64,000 nucleotides of DNA. Origin: Albugo candida (Eukaryota). The notes under the pieces are model-generated. The model made no database searches. It saw only the letters and a list, made by a program, of their open reading frames with translations, and was not told the origin of the DNA. Location: positions 248,001-312,000 of the forward strand of contig JBDOQK010000024.1 in the NCBI GenBank assembly GCA_040437565.1, read 5' to 3'. Below, piece after piece: positions 22,601 through 35,114 of this stretch (positions are counted from its first letter, which is position 1; every line of letters begins with the position of its first letter). Both the position numbers and the translations under genes were made by a program.

Positions 22601-25600
22601 ATCCTCAACATGAGAAGAATCATGATGCAACACGGCTTCGGCAGCTCGGATATGCCCATCAGGTCTGGCTTACAGAAATTTTCCAAACTGGGTATGACAC
22701 TTGGTCCAAAGTCATGGATACTATGAGCAAATCTCTACTGGCCAAACAAAGCTCTAGAAGTCTCTCGATTCTAGAAATGTTACATAAGGATCAAGAGGCT
22801 GTCCGACAAGCTCTACGGCTAACAAGTGAGAAGTACTTCAGTATGTCACTTTCAGCAGTTCAAGGCTGGAGCTCAGACGGTGGCAAAGCGACAAGTGGGG
22901 GTAACATCAGCCCACTTCAGCAGCAAGAAATGATGTCTTTCTTGCATCATATACTTCAATGGTATCGTTTGAATCCCCAACGAACCACAAATCAATTGAT
23001 CGGGAAAAATCTATCAGATTGGTACCGACGCGTATGCCAAGTCGCAATGAATTCCACAAATCGATACGCTCTTGAGAATGGTGATAAAACTTATTCTCTA
23101 CCAGGTCATATAGCATCCGAAAGCACACAATGGTCTATTTTGCGTCATGAAATTCTCAAGAAATGTCTTTCGAACGCAAATCAATCAATGAAGTCTCCGA
23201 AAATGGTACAAGGAATGAGTGAGATCCATTCACTCTCAACGGGCGAAATTAATATGTGGCTGTCCACCGACTGGTGGCAGTACCGATTGCTACAATTCAC
23301 AGCAGCGCTGTTAAGTGGGAAGCATCTTTTTGTCCTGCACATCCGCAATGAGCGCTCCACTAAAAACAACCTTCTTCAGCCAACTATTTGGAGCTTGGTG
23401 TCTATGTCAACCCGTTTAGGCTGTTATTCTCACGCGTATCAGGTACACATCGATCTTTTACGCCTGAAAGACCTTATCAAGATACTCACTATGACGGGCG
23501 TCTATGATCTTCGAGTGATTCTATGGATCAGAGATAGTCTAAATGATGACGATGATGACGCGGAAGCGCATTGGAATCACAATGAGATGTCCACGGTTGT
23601 CCTCTTGCTGAAAGATATTCTCTGTAACCAAGTCATGGCACCTCAGTCCTGGATATTAGAGCAAACTAATCCCGAGATCAATGACCAAGGGACCACCAAC
23701 AATGCAGCAAACGCGGGAACCGATCAAAAGATAGACCATATTCAAGATACATGGAACTATATCTATGATGAAGTACTCCAAACGAAGAAAAAAAGTCTCA
23801 AGGTTTTGACTGAAAGGAGTTTTCGTGAAAAAGTGATGAAAAATCTGCACGTTTGCATCGTTGACCAAGTCGATGACAATGAGCCGTATCGTGAAAGTTT
23901 GAAAAGTCACAAGAAATTAAAGCCATCACGCTGCATCAAAGACTTTGTCGATTTACCTTCGGTGCGATGGGTAGTCATCAGAGAAGAAACGATCGATTCC
24001 AAAAGCCCTTTTTTTAGTCAAATTCTCCGGGGCTGCATTACAATGTTTGGAGAATGTATTGAGAACGCAATCTCACATTTGGCTACAAGCAAAGTCATCA
24101 ATCAACAACGATACACCACGCATGAAAGACTTTACGAATTCATCATTGATAATCATAACTTTTGGAATGGGATGAAAGGGTCTCCGTTAACATTTACGCG
24201 ATTTTTAAAGAATTGGGTGTGTGCTTGTGCAAAAAATGTGGCATGCAAGAAACTAAAGCTAATAAGAAAACATCGATATCACACTGCGCTGAGAAACTTC
24301 GATACCTTGATGAGCAAGCTGACGGCCAGAAGACAACTTCTTGAGACCGAATTGGTCTCCCAAATCCAAGTGGTCACCAAAAACATTGAGGGAGTTCTAT
24401 GCACACTAGAAGCCTCCTGTGCCGACTCCATAAATAATGCTATCGCGAACGGCGCTACTACGAGAGATATCGCTGATGAAGACAGATTTAAAAGCCTTCA
24501 AACGGTATTGTTGCATAACGCTTCCTCTAAACAAGCTCAAGAAGATTTGTGGGCTCTACATAGTAGGAAGGAGGAGTACGCAATGAGAGAGATGGAGATA
24601 AGAACACGAACCAAAGAGCTTAAAGACATCGAGATGAAATGGAAAAACTATCGCGCTATTATAGAGGAGGACTTGTATCGAGCTAACGAATTGAAGAATA
24701 TGTCAATGACTGAGTCAAATTGGAGGACGTTTATAGAATTATGTCCTTGGCGTACATTGATCCAATGCAGCAAAATTAGCTTCTTAAGCGAGATGTCATT
24801 AAGTGACCAAAATGCACGAATTTCGGATCTCATTTGCCTCGTCAAAACGTTTTGTATAAATGCAAAGATTGAGATATTAGATAACTCATTTGAAAAGCCG
24901 GAAACGATTGTGAAGATACCAGCCATCGTGGAGCAAATTTGGCTGTATCTTTTCCCATACATATCCTCCCGAAGGATCTCGGAAATCATCTATCTAGCTG
25001 ATTCATGGTGTCATCAAAGCAAATTTGAGCTCAGAAGCCGAGAGTACTTGATACCTGTGTTTACTGACACTACAGGATGCCTAATCCAGCACTTCCTGAC
25101 ACATATTCTTGCAGGAAAATCGATCTTTTCCACTACTAAAAATCGTCGTTCGGTCCCGAAACAAGCCGAAAAATTCTATGCGCTTGATCCCGCTAGTGTT
25201 ATGGTGCTTACCAGCCAAGACATGGATCTTGAAATTAAACTTATCAAGGCAGAAAAACATGACATTCCAGTGGTTCTAACGAATTTTAGGCCTGAGACAA
25301 AGAAACGCTTGGAAATGCATTTTGCCGCTATGGAGACCCGTTCTCATGAGAACCCGATTGAAGCCAGCAACTCCATTTACAGTAATCTCTCACTTTTGGT
25401 TACTAAGACACTTTGGTCAAATTCCGAGAACGCCAAAGCAAAACATTTCTTGGAGAATGATAGGAGATTAAAGCAGCAAGTTAACAGACCCGCATCACTC
25501 TGGAGAACAGCGGTAGATTTAACATTAGCAGTAAAACAAAAGACCGAGAAGCAGAAGAATTTTTCCAGGATCGCCCTGTCTTCAGTGAACAACCAGAGAG

Positions 25601-28600
25601 AGCTACGAATTCCTTCGGGAAAGAAGCCATTAAGCGGATACAGTGATCCTTGCGCAGAATACTGGAAGCCATGGTTTCAAGTGTATGCGGTCTCAATGAG
25701 CAAGCTTGATCTCATGGCGATGAATTCTGATCTCGCGAGCTCGCAGGTTCAATTCATGGAGTTTGATTTAGATTGGCAAGTTGAGGATTTGACAAAGTGT
25801 TTTGATCAATGCAAGGGCCAAGAATTCAGCAAGATTACTAAACCCGTAGCTGATACAATTAAATCTTATAAAGCCTCAGACAACCACAGTGATTCGTCAC
25901 AAGTTTTAGAGTCTTCCGTTCTACTATGGCGGCGGAAGTGTGACTTGGTCGATTTTTGCATGTGCGAAATGTCTGATTTATTCGATCCGAACGATCACAC
26001 GACTCGAAATGGAGACAATGATGCTCAGTTCACAAGCCCTCATCTTCGAATCGGGATAGAAAAGATGCTACATCACTTGGAATTAATTGCAAAGGAAAAG
26101 TACGAAGCCGAGTCAGTTGATACATTATCACCGACCACAGAATCTGCGTTTCATCCTCATAAAGCGTCGATTATACCTTGCGAAAAGTATGCCTATGAAC
26201 TCGCTTGCATTGCGACGACCGTCATGCTTTGTGATCAAGCGATCTACGATGACAAAGTAAAGCATTTTGACAAGCATTTACATAGCGACAGATGTTTACA
26301 GACATACCCTGGATTCAAATCGATGCGTTTGCTCCAAGAACTGACAGCCAAAAATGCCGAATCGGATCTCTCACAGCTGATTCATAGAGTTCTACATGAT
26401 GTGTCTCGCCAGTACTCAAGTCCGGGTCAACAAGTGCTATTTCGTTTGGTATGGCTTGTCATTCAAAAAGATCAGAAGGCTAGAGTACCTTTGAAGCATT
26501 TTTTCAGAGTCTGGGCAGAAAATGACAATCGTTGCAGCTGGATAGAGTATTGGAATACTGTGAGTTTACTACGAGAGGATCACACACTGAATTTAGCAAG
26601 CACAGCTGACAGATGTGCAGTACAATCATGTAACGAGCAAGAACGCACTGTGGATTGTTATAGTTCCGTTGTGTCACGATTGAGGCGAAAGTTGAGGCAC
26701 TACAATGCGTTCTTGCGTCGATTGCGTCCAGAATCAGGCCTAATTCCACCGAGCAATTCAGGCAGTGAGAATATTTTGCATCCATTGCAGGAAGAAGACT
26801 TTGTCAGGGATGTCAATTGTTTGGTTGCCCGAATCGAAGAACTATGGATGCACTGGATCCAATTCCATAAAAACTGCAAGGAAGTGTATCTTCCTGAAAT
26901 CATACAAACGCTTTACATGGGAGGAAGTGTGGACTCGAAGCATCCCAACACATTTTCAGATGAAGTGAAGGGCTCTGGTAGTATTAGAAGTCGACAAGCC
27001 TCGCAAAAGGTTCCGAATACCGATGCTCATTCCGTGATACAATTATCGGTCGGACATGGATTCAGAGGTAAACGACGGAGTGCTGTCATATCACATCGCA
27101 ANNNNNNNNNNNNNNNNNNNNNNNNNNNNNNNNNNNNNNNNNNNNNNNNNNNNNNNNNNNNNNNNNNNNNNNNNNNNNNNNNNNNNNNNNNNNNNNNNNN
27201 NAGAACGCACTGTGGATTGTTATAGTTCCGTTGTGTCACGATTGAGGCGAAAGTTGAGGCACTACAATGCGTTCTTGCGTCGATTGCGTCCAGAATCAGG
27301 CCTAATTCCACCGAGCAATTCAGGCAGTGAGAATATTTTGCATCCATTGCAGGAAGAAGACTTTGTCAGGGATGTCAATTGTTTGGTTGCCCGAATCGAA
27401 GAACTATGGATGCACTGGATCCAATTCCATAAAAACTGCAAGGAAGTGTATCTTCCTGAAATCATACAAACGCTTTACATGGGAGGAAGTGTGGACTCGA
27501 AGCATCCCAACACATTTTCAGATGAAGTGAAGGGCTCTGGTAGTATTAGAAGTCGACAAGCCTCGCAAAAGGTTCCGAATACCGATGCTCATTCCGTGAT
27601 ACAATTATCGGTCGGACATGGATTCAGAGGTAAACGACGGAGTGCTGTCATATCACATCGCAATGAACACAATGATTTTGGGATCGAGCCCTATACTGTT
27701 TACTCCTTGGTACGATCGCAAATCACATTGAAATCACTATACGATGTTGAGAACACATTTGGTCACATCGCGAAAAACGAAGCGAGTCCAAATAACCTTC
27801 TCGCAAAAGCCTGCATTGCGATGCTGTTATTTCCAGTCCAAGTACCAGGCTTATTGCTCGAGTACTCGAATGTAAAAGCAAAGCAGCCGAATGGAATTGA
27901 AAGCACGACGTTGGAAGGTAATATGATGGAGTCAGATTCTAATGACAAACCGAACGTTGCGCAGCCAAATAACTCTGCTGTAGAATTCTCTCAGCTTATC
28001 TGTCCAGAGTGGCAATTCTGTAGCACTCCTACATTCATTGCATACGAAGAAAATTTATCAGATGCCACATGCACCACCCGGCGTGCCCTGGAATATGAGA
28101 TTCTTCTTCTGTCAACAAGGAGTGCTTTAGACAGAGCAAACTACACCTCTTCTAACGTGACGTTATTCTACTTGTGTCTTCAAACAAATAAGGATGAATG
28201 CGACCTAAAGCATGAAATTAATAGCATCAGCACTCAAGCAATGGAGAAGAATCAGCAGGAGCTCACGAGGGCAGCAAATGAGGCACCCAAGTGTAATGTT
28301 ATCATTTTTGAGATTCTGGAGACCAAGCACTTTGGTTTTCTGTGCGCAATGGTGTCTTCAGTCGTCAATCAGCATTCCTTGCTTGAATTTCCAGAATGGT
28401 ACATTCTTTGTCCGAAACATGTAGCCCGTGTATTGGCATCAATAAATATGCTCACCCATCTGAAAATACATCAACTCCCGATGAANNNNNNNNNNNNNNN
28501 NNNNNNNNNNNNNNNNNNNNNNNNNNNNNNNNNNNNNNNNNNNNNNNNNNNNNNNNNNNNNNNNNNNNNNNNNNNNNNNNNNNNNTGTCTTCAGTCGTCA

Positions 28601-30402
28601 ATCAGCATTCCTTGCTTGAATTTCCAGAATGGTACATTCTTTGTCCGAAACATGTAGCCCGTGTATTGGCATCAATAAATATGCTCACCCATCTGAAAAT
28701 ACATCAACTCCCGATGAATTCTCAATTCCCGCTGTCAGAACTTCTTTCGAATATATGCCCAAGAAAGTCCATGAAACCACCCGACATGAACTTGTATGAA
28801 TGGGTTCAATCTGAACATGGTATACTTCCTCCAGTGGCACTGGCCGAGAACGTAGGTACTAGAGGTGGATGTGAAAGCAGATTGATACACGGCTGTTTAA
28901 ATACTCAGTTGCAACAGCTTCTTGCATTCCATCGCCACATGACTGAAAATGGAAAAAGTAACACTCCGATGTATCAAATCATCTCTGCTCAGGAATGGGA
29001 ATATCTGAACAATAGCTTGACGAAATGTAACAAGGTGATTGATCCAACAGGAGAAGCTTCTTTTGCGTACAACGAGTTTATCGACACTTTCAGTATTTTA
29101 GTGAGAAATATGAATTGGTTGAGAAAAGAAGATGAGCATCACGGATCGGATGGGAGCGATGTACGAATAATTAGCGAAACTGAGAGACATCAGGAGTCCA
29201 TTGATGATTTTCAGCATTGCATCTATGAAAGCCCGCAGAGCAATGCCCCAAAAGTATTCCGAGAATTTGAAAGTTTGCTTCAAAATTTGAACAAAGTATA
29301 TTGTGATTCCCTTAAAATTATCTCACAGCTTGATCAGAAGCTGAGTAATGTGTGGTACGCTTGGATTTCTCCTGAGCTAGAATTACGAATTGGTTCCAAG
29401 TTCGTGGGGTCTATTCTGGGTCAAGTGAAAGAGATATCGCCAAGTGACGAGCCCTGCGATACAAAGCATCATCTCGATTTCTTATCCATTTGTCGAGGAT
29501 CCATTCCTCCATCAATCATACTAAATAGCGCACTTCTCGCTTCAGGCAATGACCCCGCGTGTGAAATTTACAAAAGCTGGGCGACATGGATTCGGGAGGA
29601 TAAATTGCAAAGTATATCGATGCCTCAGCTTCTGATGCTCTTACTGGGACGGCTTCGTACATCAATTGACTTGGTGCTGTGTAGCCCAAACTCGTTCAAC
29701 ATCAATCTCGCTCTTTTATGGAATGTCCCTGACTTTTTCATAAAGTGGAAAGAGCACTACAATGAACACAAAGAAAAACTAGCATACACTTTAGGACCTC
29801 AGCATAAAATAAGTGGTATTGGCGCATCCGAAATGTTGCTCTGCTTTAAATTAGAAATATTAACGCAAGAAAGCGGTGATGCAGTGGATACTTTAGTCGA
29901 AAAGACGGTAAATCACTTGGAATCAGCAAAGAGCGAAAGATCTGCGCAGTGTGAAAGCTGTGTTTTAAGCGGTCTGACTCTCATTCAAGAACGAGTCCAC
30001 TTGATTGCTGGCAAGAAGATAGTCTTCTACCCGCTTGGAAACACTCGTTTGCATATAAAAGAGCATGAAGACGGCATCCAGCTCCACCACACTTGCGTGT
30101 CAATGAGACTAATACCCTCACTCAGTCCGTTTCAAAATCCGCCTTTAACAGAGTTCCCAAACTCATTGCCATGCGTCTGGGTACCAACAGAACTTCTCGA
30201 TGCGATTGAAGCGGCCTTTTCCGGTGACGAAGAAGAGCACACACATATAGGCCAAAGTACTTATGAAGCTCACAAAGCTCGAAAAAGCATTGAAAATATC
30301 AGGAGAAAGCAGTCAACACGAAGGAATTCATTGATCATTCCAAAGAAATTTGCGACAGCATTTTCCATTGGAATTCCTATCCTTCCATCTGAATTCACAT
30401 AA
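13650..30402 (+). CDS. Highly divergent axonemal dynein heavy chain-like protein (multi-exon, spans two gaps)
   Basis: Dynein landmarks occur in the expected order. N-terminus resembles DNAH6 (FFTLSPNGITEF; LSWKHNT...AKNYLSNRLFVCDP). Linker: PRLYCLSNQELLHLM. AAA1 entry: FGHEMIGNYKLSFLTPCTERC. AAA2: GDPACGKT and FIFETIDLSAASPS. AAA3: GPRGCGKS and RFIRHF. AAA4: FREKVMKNLHVCI. AAA5: PVFTDTTG and LIKAEKHDIPVVLTN. Exon boundaries between 13650 and 15780 are approximate, and joining the 5' exons is inferred. Confidence 0.8.
26640..27663. repeat. 462-bp direct repeat around 100-N gap (27102-27201), probable assembly overlap
   Basis: 26640-27101 is repeated from 27202. Confidence 0.9.
28353..28718. 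repeat. 133-bp direct repeat around 100-N gap (28486-28585), probable assembly overlap
   Basis: 28353-28485 is repeated from 28586. Confidence 0.9.
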
Positions 30403-30411
30403 ACGCGCTTT

Positions 30412-31998
30412 TCAAGTAGAATCTTCGTCACTTTGATCGTATTCCACTGGCTCATCCCATTCTCGTTTTTTCTGTCTCGAAGCTCGTATAAGCTGCTTTG
30501 ATTTCGCTTGCAAAAGGGTATGGCTCACGACTCCAACTTTCAAGTCAAAGTCTTGGATTTCCGTCTGTAGCGTTTTCAGCGCTCTTTTGATATCGACTAG
30601 AGGCGTGGTGTCTGTCAGCTTGCTTCCGCGTTCATCAATGATTGTCTAAAACAATTCGTTGATATATCTTCTTGAGTAATAGAGATGTAAGGTGCACTAC
30701 CTTGGTATCTCGCAATTGCTCTGTGATGTCTGCATGCTCTTTCGTCATTAAATCGACATTTTGTGATTCTTCTCGACACCGTTCCGTCAGAGAAATAAGC
30801 CTCTCTTTTAGCTGGTGGTATTCTTGACGCTGTAATGCATCACACTGTCAGCATTCTCGTCGTACCGAACCCAATTTTCGTACAGTTTGTTCAAATTGCG
30901 TATTGATCGCCTTTTCCTTTGACTCCATGCGCTGAAGCGTTTCGACCAGCAATTGCCGAATATGTTTGAGCTGGCCAGCAGTGTCAGGCACAATGTCTTT
31001 CATAATCTACTAAAAGGATTAGAGCTCGATCTCTGAGGAAGAACATCAAACTCAACTGTCTCCTGTTTACGAGCTCTTTCAATATGACTGTGCCATTCTT
31101 GTCCTGCCGCATCTTTTGCCTGGACCCTCAGCTTTGGTCCAACGCGCTCCAACTCGGCTTTCCACAGCAAAGGATCCACCTGAATCAAAAGCCCTTTACC
31201 CACAAGTCAATGGATCCTTCCAACTGCATACTTCACTATTGATCATTTGCTGCTGTGATTCCTCGACGCTTTCAACTTTATTCACCGCATTGCTGTACAG
31301 ATCTTCATCATCCTCGAAATTGATATCATCGTTTGTTTCGACTTCAGCATCGACATCCACTTCTGCTTCATCGGCAAAGTCCTCTTTTGGGTAAGTAGGT
31401 CGTGTCCATGTAAAGTTTCGAGCTTCCAGAGCCTACACTCGAGTCCATTACATTTATTTTAACCGTTCGATCTACTCGCTGCACCTTATCACATAGAAAA
31501 TCGATCGCTTCGCACGCAGCTTCACCATAGCCCAATTTGAGTTTGCTAGCGGGATAGTCGAGAGGGAAGCCCATCGACTTTAACGACAAAATGAGCTTAT
31601 TCACGCTGGTATTGGGGTCGTCGTACTTGTCCACCACAAAGTCCTGATCGCATTGTTTCATCAGGTAGCAAATAAGCTCCAAAAACAATTTGAATTGGGC
31701 GCTACCGAGCACATTTGTTCATTCACGCTGATAGTAGAGGCAGGCTTAGACTTCACCTCGCGCTGGTATTCAAATAGGCAAATTGCATCGGATTATACGC
31801 CACAAAATTCTTCTTTTTCATGTCTTTTTCATACGACATAATGCGAAGCTTTTCCAGCGCGCTTGACATCATCGTGACGATCACATCCTGCAGAAACACG
31901 TTACGTCGTTGTCTATCGCATACGAAGCGTACATCTCGATTTTGTGTGTCTGATTTCTTATTGTCAGCGCGAGGCTCAGAGGCATTCACATCGCTCAT
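30412..31998 (-). CDS. IFT57: Intraflagellar transport protein 57 (multi-exon)
   Basis: ALEKLRIMSYEK; QFKLFLELICYLM...KYDDPNTSVNKLILSLKSMGFPLDYPASKLKLGYGEAAC; VDPLLWKAELERVGPKL...EWHSHIE; C-terminal TDTTPLVDIKRALKTLQTEIQDFDLKVGVVSHTLLQ. Stop TGA at 30414-30412. Confidence 0.92.
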
Positions 31999-32087
31999 TG
32001 TGTCTTTTTAAAGAATTTCGGAACGTCTTTTAATTGTTTTCATACTTATCACACGCAAAATTACAGAATTGCTTGCGAGCGTTCAGC

Positions 32088-34094
32088 TCATGCGGAGCCG
32101 TCGGAAGGAGCTGGAGAGCTGAACACGGCGTTATCTCTCGTATTAGAGTCTTCCTTGTCGGACAGAGTTTCGATTGAAGTCTTTCGCAAGTACTTTCGAG
32201 TCCGCCACAAACGACAATGAGACTTCCAGCGGATTTTAACGGCATCTTCAGTTCGACCGGGAAGCATCCCTGCGATGATAGACCAGCGATTACCGAGGCG
32301 TTTCTGAGCGTCGAGAATGATACGATCTTCCTCGGGAGTGTATGCGCCTCGAATTATGTTTGGATCAAGGTGATTGTGCCACCGTTCACGACACTGTTTC
32401 GATGTACGGCCGGGTATCTTTGCTGCTACTTCCCCCCAGTTTTTTTGCTCACTTGCAACAAGTCGTCGCAGTAGATCGTCCTCGTGCGGAGACCAATGCC
32501 CTTTGACTAATCCTGGTGCTAATACTTTGGTCCATCTTTGTAGGCACTGCGTGTGATTTCGTCCAGGAACTTGTGACGCAATTGCCTTCCAATTTTTGCT
32601 CTTGTGGTTTGCGACTGCCTCTCTCAATGCTTCATCCTCATCTTTAGTCCATCGTCGTGGGTTTGCTTTTCTTTGTAAGCTGATTTTTTCGATTGCTGCA
32701 AACGCTTTTGCTGTGGGGATACCGTGAAAGCTGGAAACATCCATTGACAAACTTCCGGAATTGATGCTTTTTTGCTTGCGAGGTGATGTACTGCCAGAAT
32801 TGAACGAGAAATACTGCGATGCAGTCGTTACGGGCGTCAACGTCGGTTCCATTTTACTTTCAAAATCTTTGGTGAGACTCGATTTGATCTGACTTTGCGA
32901 ATTCGGCGTGACGATCCCAGCAGTCCAATCACGGATAGTGAAGGCTGGGAATATTGGCGGTTGTACAAATACATTCTGGTCAAGTTGTGATGCACAGACG
33001 ATTGGGCTTCCTATAGTTGGGATTCCACTTGTCGTCGGATAAGAAGCTGGTACTGATAGAGGAGCCAACATCCCACGTGAAAAGATGCTCGGAAGACTTG
33101 ATGCAGAGGACCGGATTGCATTTGTATTTATTACTGTGCTCTTGTTGCATGTAAAATCCAAAGGAGCCAGCGAGCCCGACACTTTTGGTGTGACTTCGTG
33201 ATCTTGATTGTCGATGATTTCATGACTGCTCGTAGCGAAATTAAAAGGCCCAAAATTCATATCGCAGTTTGTATTTGCCGAGTACGTATTTTTTTCTGGA
33301 CTGAAAGCTTTTTCTGGCAAACTACAAGATATATCGACTGTGTTGCTCTCAAATTCCGAGCTGTTTGATGTCGTGCTAAATCGCCGTAATCCAGTGAGCA
33401 CCTCTGCTGCTGCTTCTTCATGCTCTAAAGACGATTTTTTCTTTTTTGTGTCGTCACTCCCACCTTTACCATGTTTCACATTCGTATCGTGGTCTTTGGG
33501 TGACAGCAAGACGTCTTTGGCGGCTCCACGAAAATGCGTATCCAATGTCGCCACAAATCCTGGATTATTGGGCCGAGCAAGCTCCGCTAGGAACTCCATG
33601 CATTGCTCCAGCTGCCTCTTTGTGACTTCTAGCATCCTGTGAATAACGTGGTCGTTTTCAACGGATGCTGTCACCTGAACCAATGCTCTAGCCAAAATCA
33701 ATGCATTGCCTATCGAAAATATCGAAGTAAAATATTTACATAATTAGTCGTGTATCTATCAAATAAAGCCAGCGACAATACCCCAATTCAGAAGATGCTC
33801 CAGCGGCTTTTTCGCAACATCAGATTCGTACTCTTTTGCTTCCTCAGACAAATGCGATTCATGCAGGTGAATAAGGAATTCCCGAACAGATATTTTCGGC
33901 AGCCCGCAGAACCAGCAAAACAAATCAACTTTTGCGTTTTTATCAAATTTCAGCCGGGCGACTCTTTTTTTCTTATTTGGAAGATAATTCATCGCGTTTA
34001 TTGAGTGCGTCATGCCATACTCTCGTTTCTTCTTCGTAACGCTTGTTTTATTCACTGTTTTGGATCGGCTGCTTTCCAGTACATTCGATGTCAT
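32088..34094 (-). CDS. R1R2R3 (three-repeat) Myb transcription factor with N-terminal C2H2-like finger
   Basis: Three Myb repeats: WTKDEDEAL...QCLQRW, HWSPHEDDLL...KQCRERWHNHLDP and YTPEEDRII...GNRWS. A phase-1 intron at 33781-33710 (GTATT...CTAAT...TAG) joins ORF 33759-34094 in frame (NW-G-NALILAR). Confidence 0.88.
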
Positions 34095-35000
34095 GCTGTC
34101 CTTTTTAATATTTGATTTTCTACCACGTTCACGTTTGATGGTGTGCGCTTATCAGACGGAACAAATGTAATCTCAGTCGTCAAATGCTTCTAGTGCCTTT
34201 TTGCTTATGTGCGCTGGCTACTGACCATACGCAGAGGCTCGATTATGCAATAGGATAGCCGGTTCTGCTATCAATGTCGCAAGTTAGTGATTGAAATCAC
34301 AATGTGAATCCGAGCGAGAAATTCTTCAATAGAAATAGCTTTAGAGGCTGACGCTTGAGTAGATGGTCGTGTAAGTGATCGGAATGAAATTAAATATTTT
34401 AACCGATCTTTCTCTGCTGGCTATTTATTACTGACTCGTACTTGTATGCTGAACGTTCTGAAATCTTAAGTATGGAGAGTCGTTTACCTGACAATTCAGA
34501 AAGAGTGTAACAATTTTCTGCGACAACATCTCAACGGTTCTTCGTTATCTGGGAAGAGGTACAAGCGAAAAGATCAGTAAGATCATCATATCATGCGGCT
34601 ATATATGTAAATAATGCTGATTGGAGCTGTTCAGTTGCAACGTGTTCAGTCGCGTCTTTTCTCCGGGACATTTGTCGCATATATTCTGGATAGATCCATT
34701 CGATTAACTCTGAATATTTGCGCATGAAAAAAAACGAATCCCAACAGGCTAAAAGTACAGAAGGTGAATTTGTGTTGTCACATAATGTAAGGTTCCGTTC
34801 CGTAAATAAAGCACTTATTCTGCACTTAACTTTTGCATTAGTGATCAGAGTAGTTCTTGAAATTTGTCGTGATCCTTCAGCTGAATTAAGACGTCGCCAT
34901 CACTCAAAATATAAACCTTACTGACAGTCGCATGCGAATAAATGTTTAAGCGTCAAAAAATTTCAGTCTGCGTTGGCATTTGACACTGCGCAAATTAGTG

Positions 35001-35030
35001 ATTGGCCAATACAACGTTCAATCACCAATC
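35001..35030. promoter_or_regulatory. CCAAT cluster (palindrome ATTGGCCAAT plus a further CCAAT) upstream of symplekin
   Basis: Three CCAAT/ATTGG pentamers within 30 bp, 85-115 bp upstream of ATG 35115. Confidence 0.4.
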
Positions 35031-35114
35031 CGGCAGCTTCTTTTAAACCTGTTACCTTCTTCATATCAACGATAGTCTACCGGTATCTTCCGGTTCTAGC
35101 TATTGGATACATTT

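Noticed and set aside
34529-34540. CAACGG (MSA/Myb-like site) upstream of the Myb gene, also at about 50079
   Set aside because: A single hexamer is expected by chance at this frequency, and no clustering was seen.
34095-35000. Possible ncRNA in the long Myb-symplekin spacer
   Set aside because: No tRNA, snRNA or convincing snoRNA box or stem pattern was recognised by eye. A covariance-model search would be needed.
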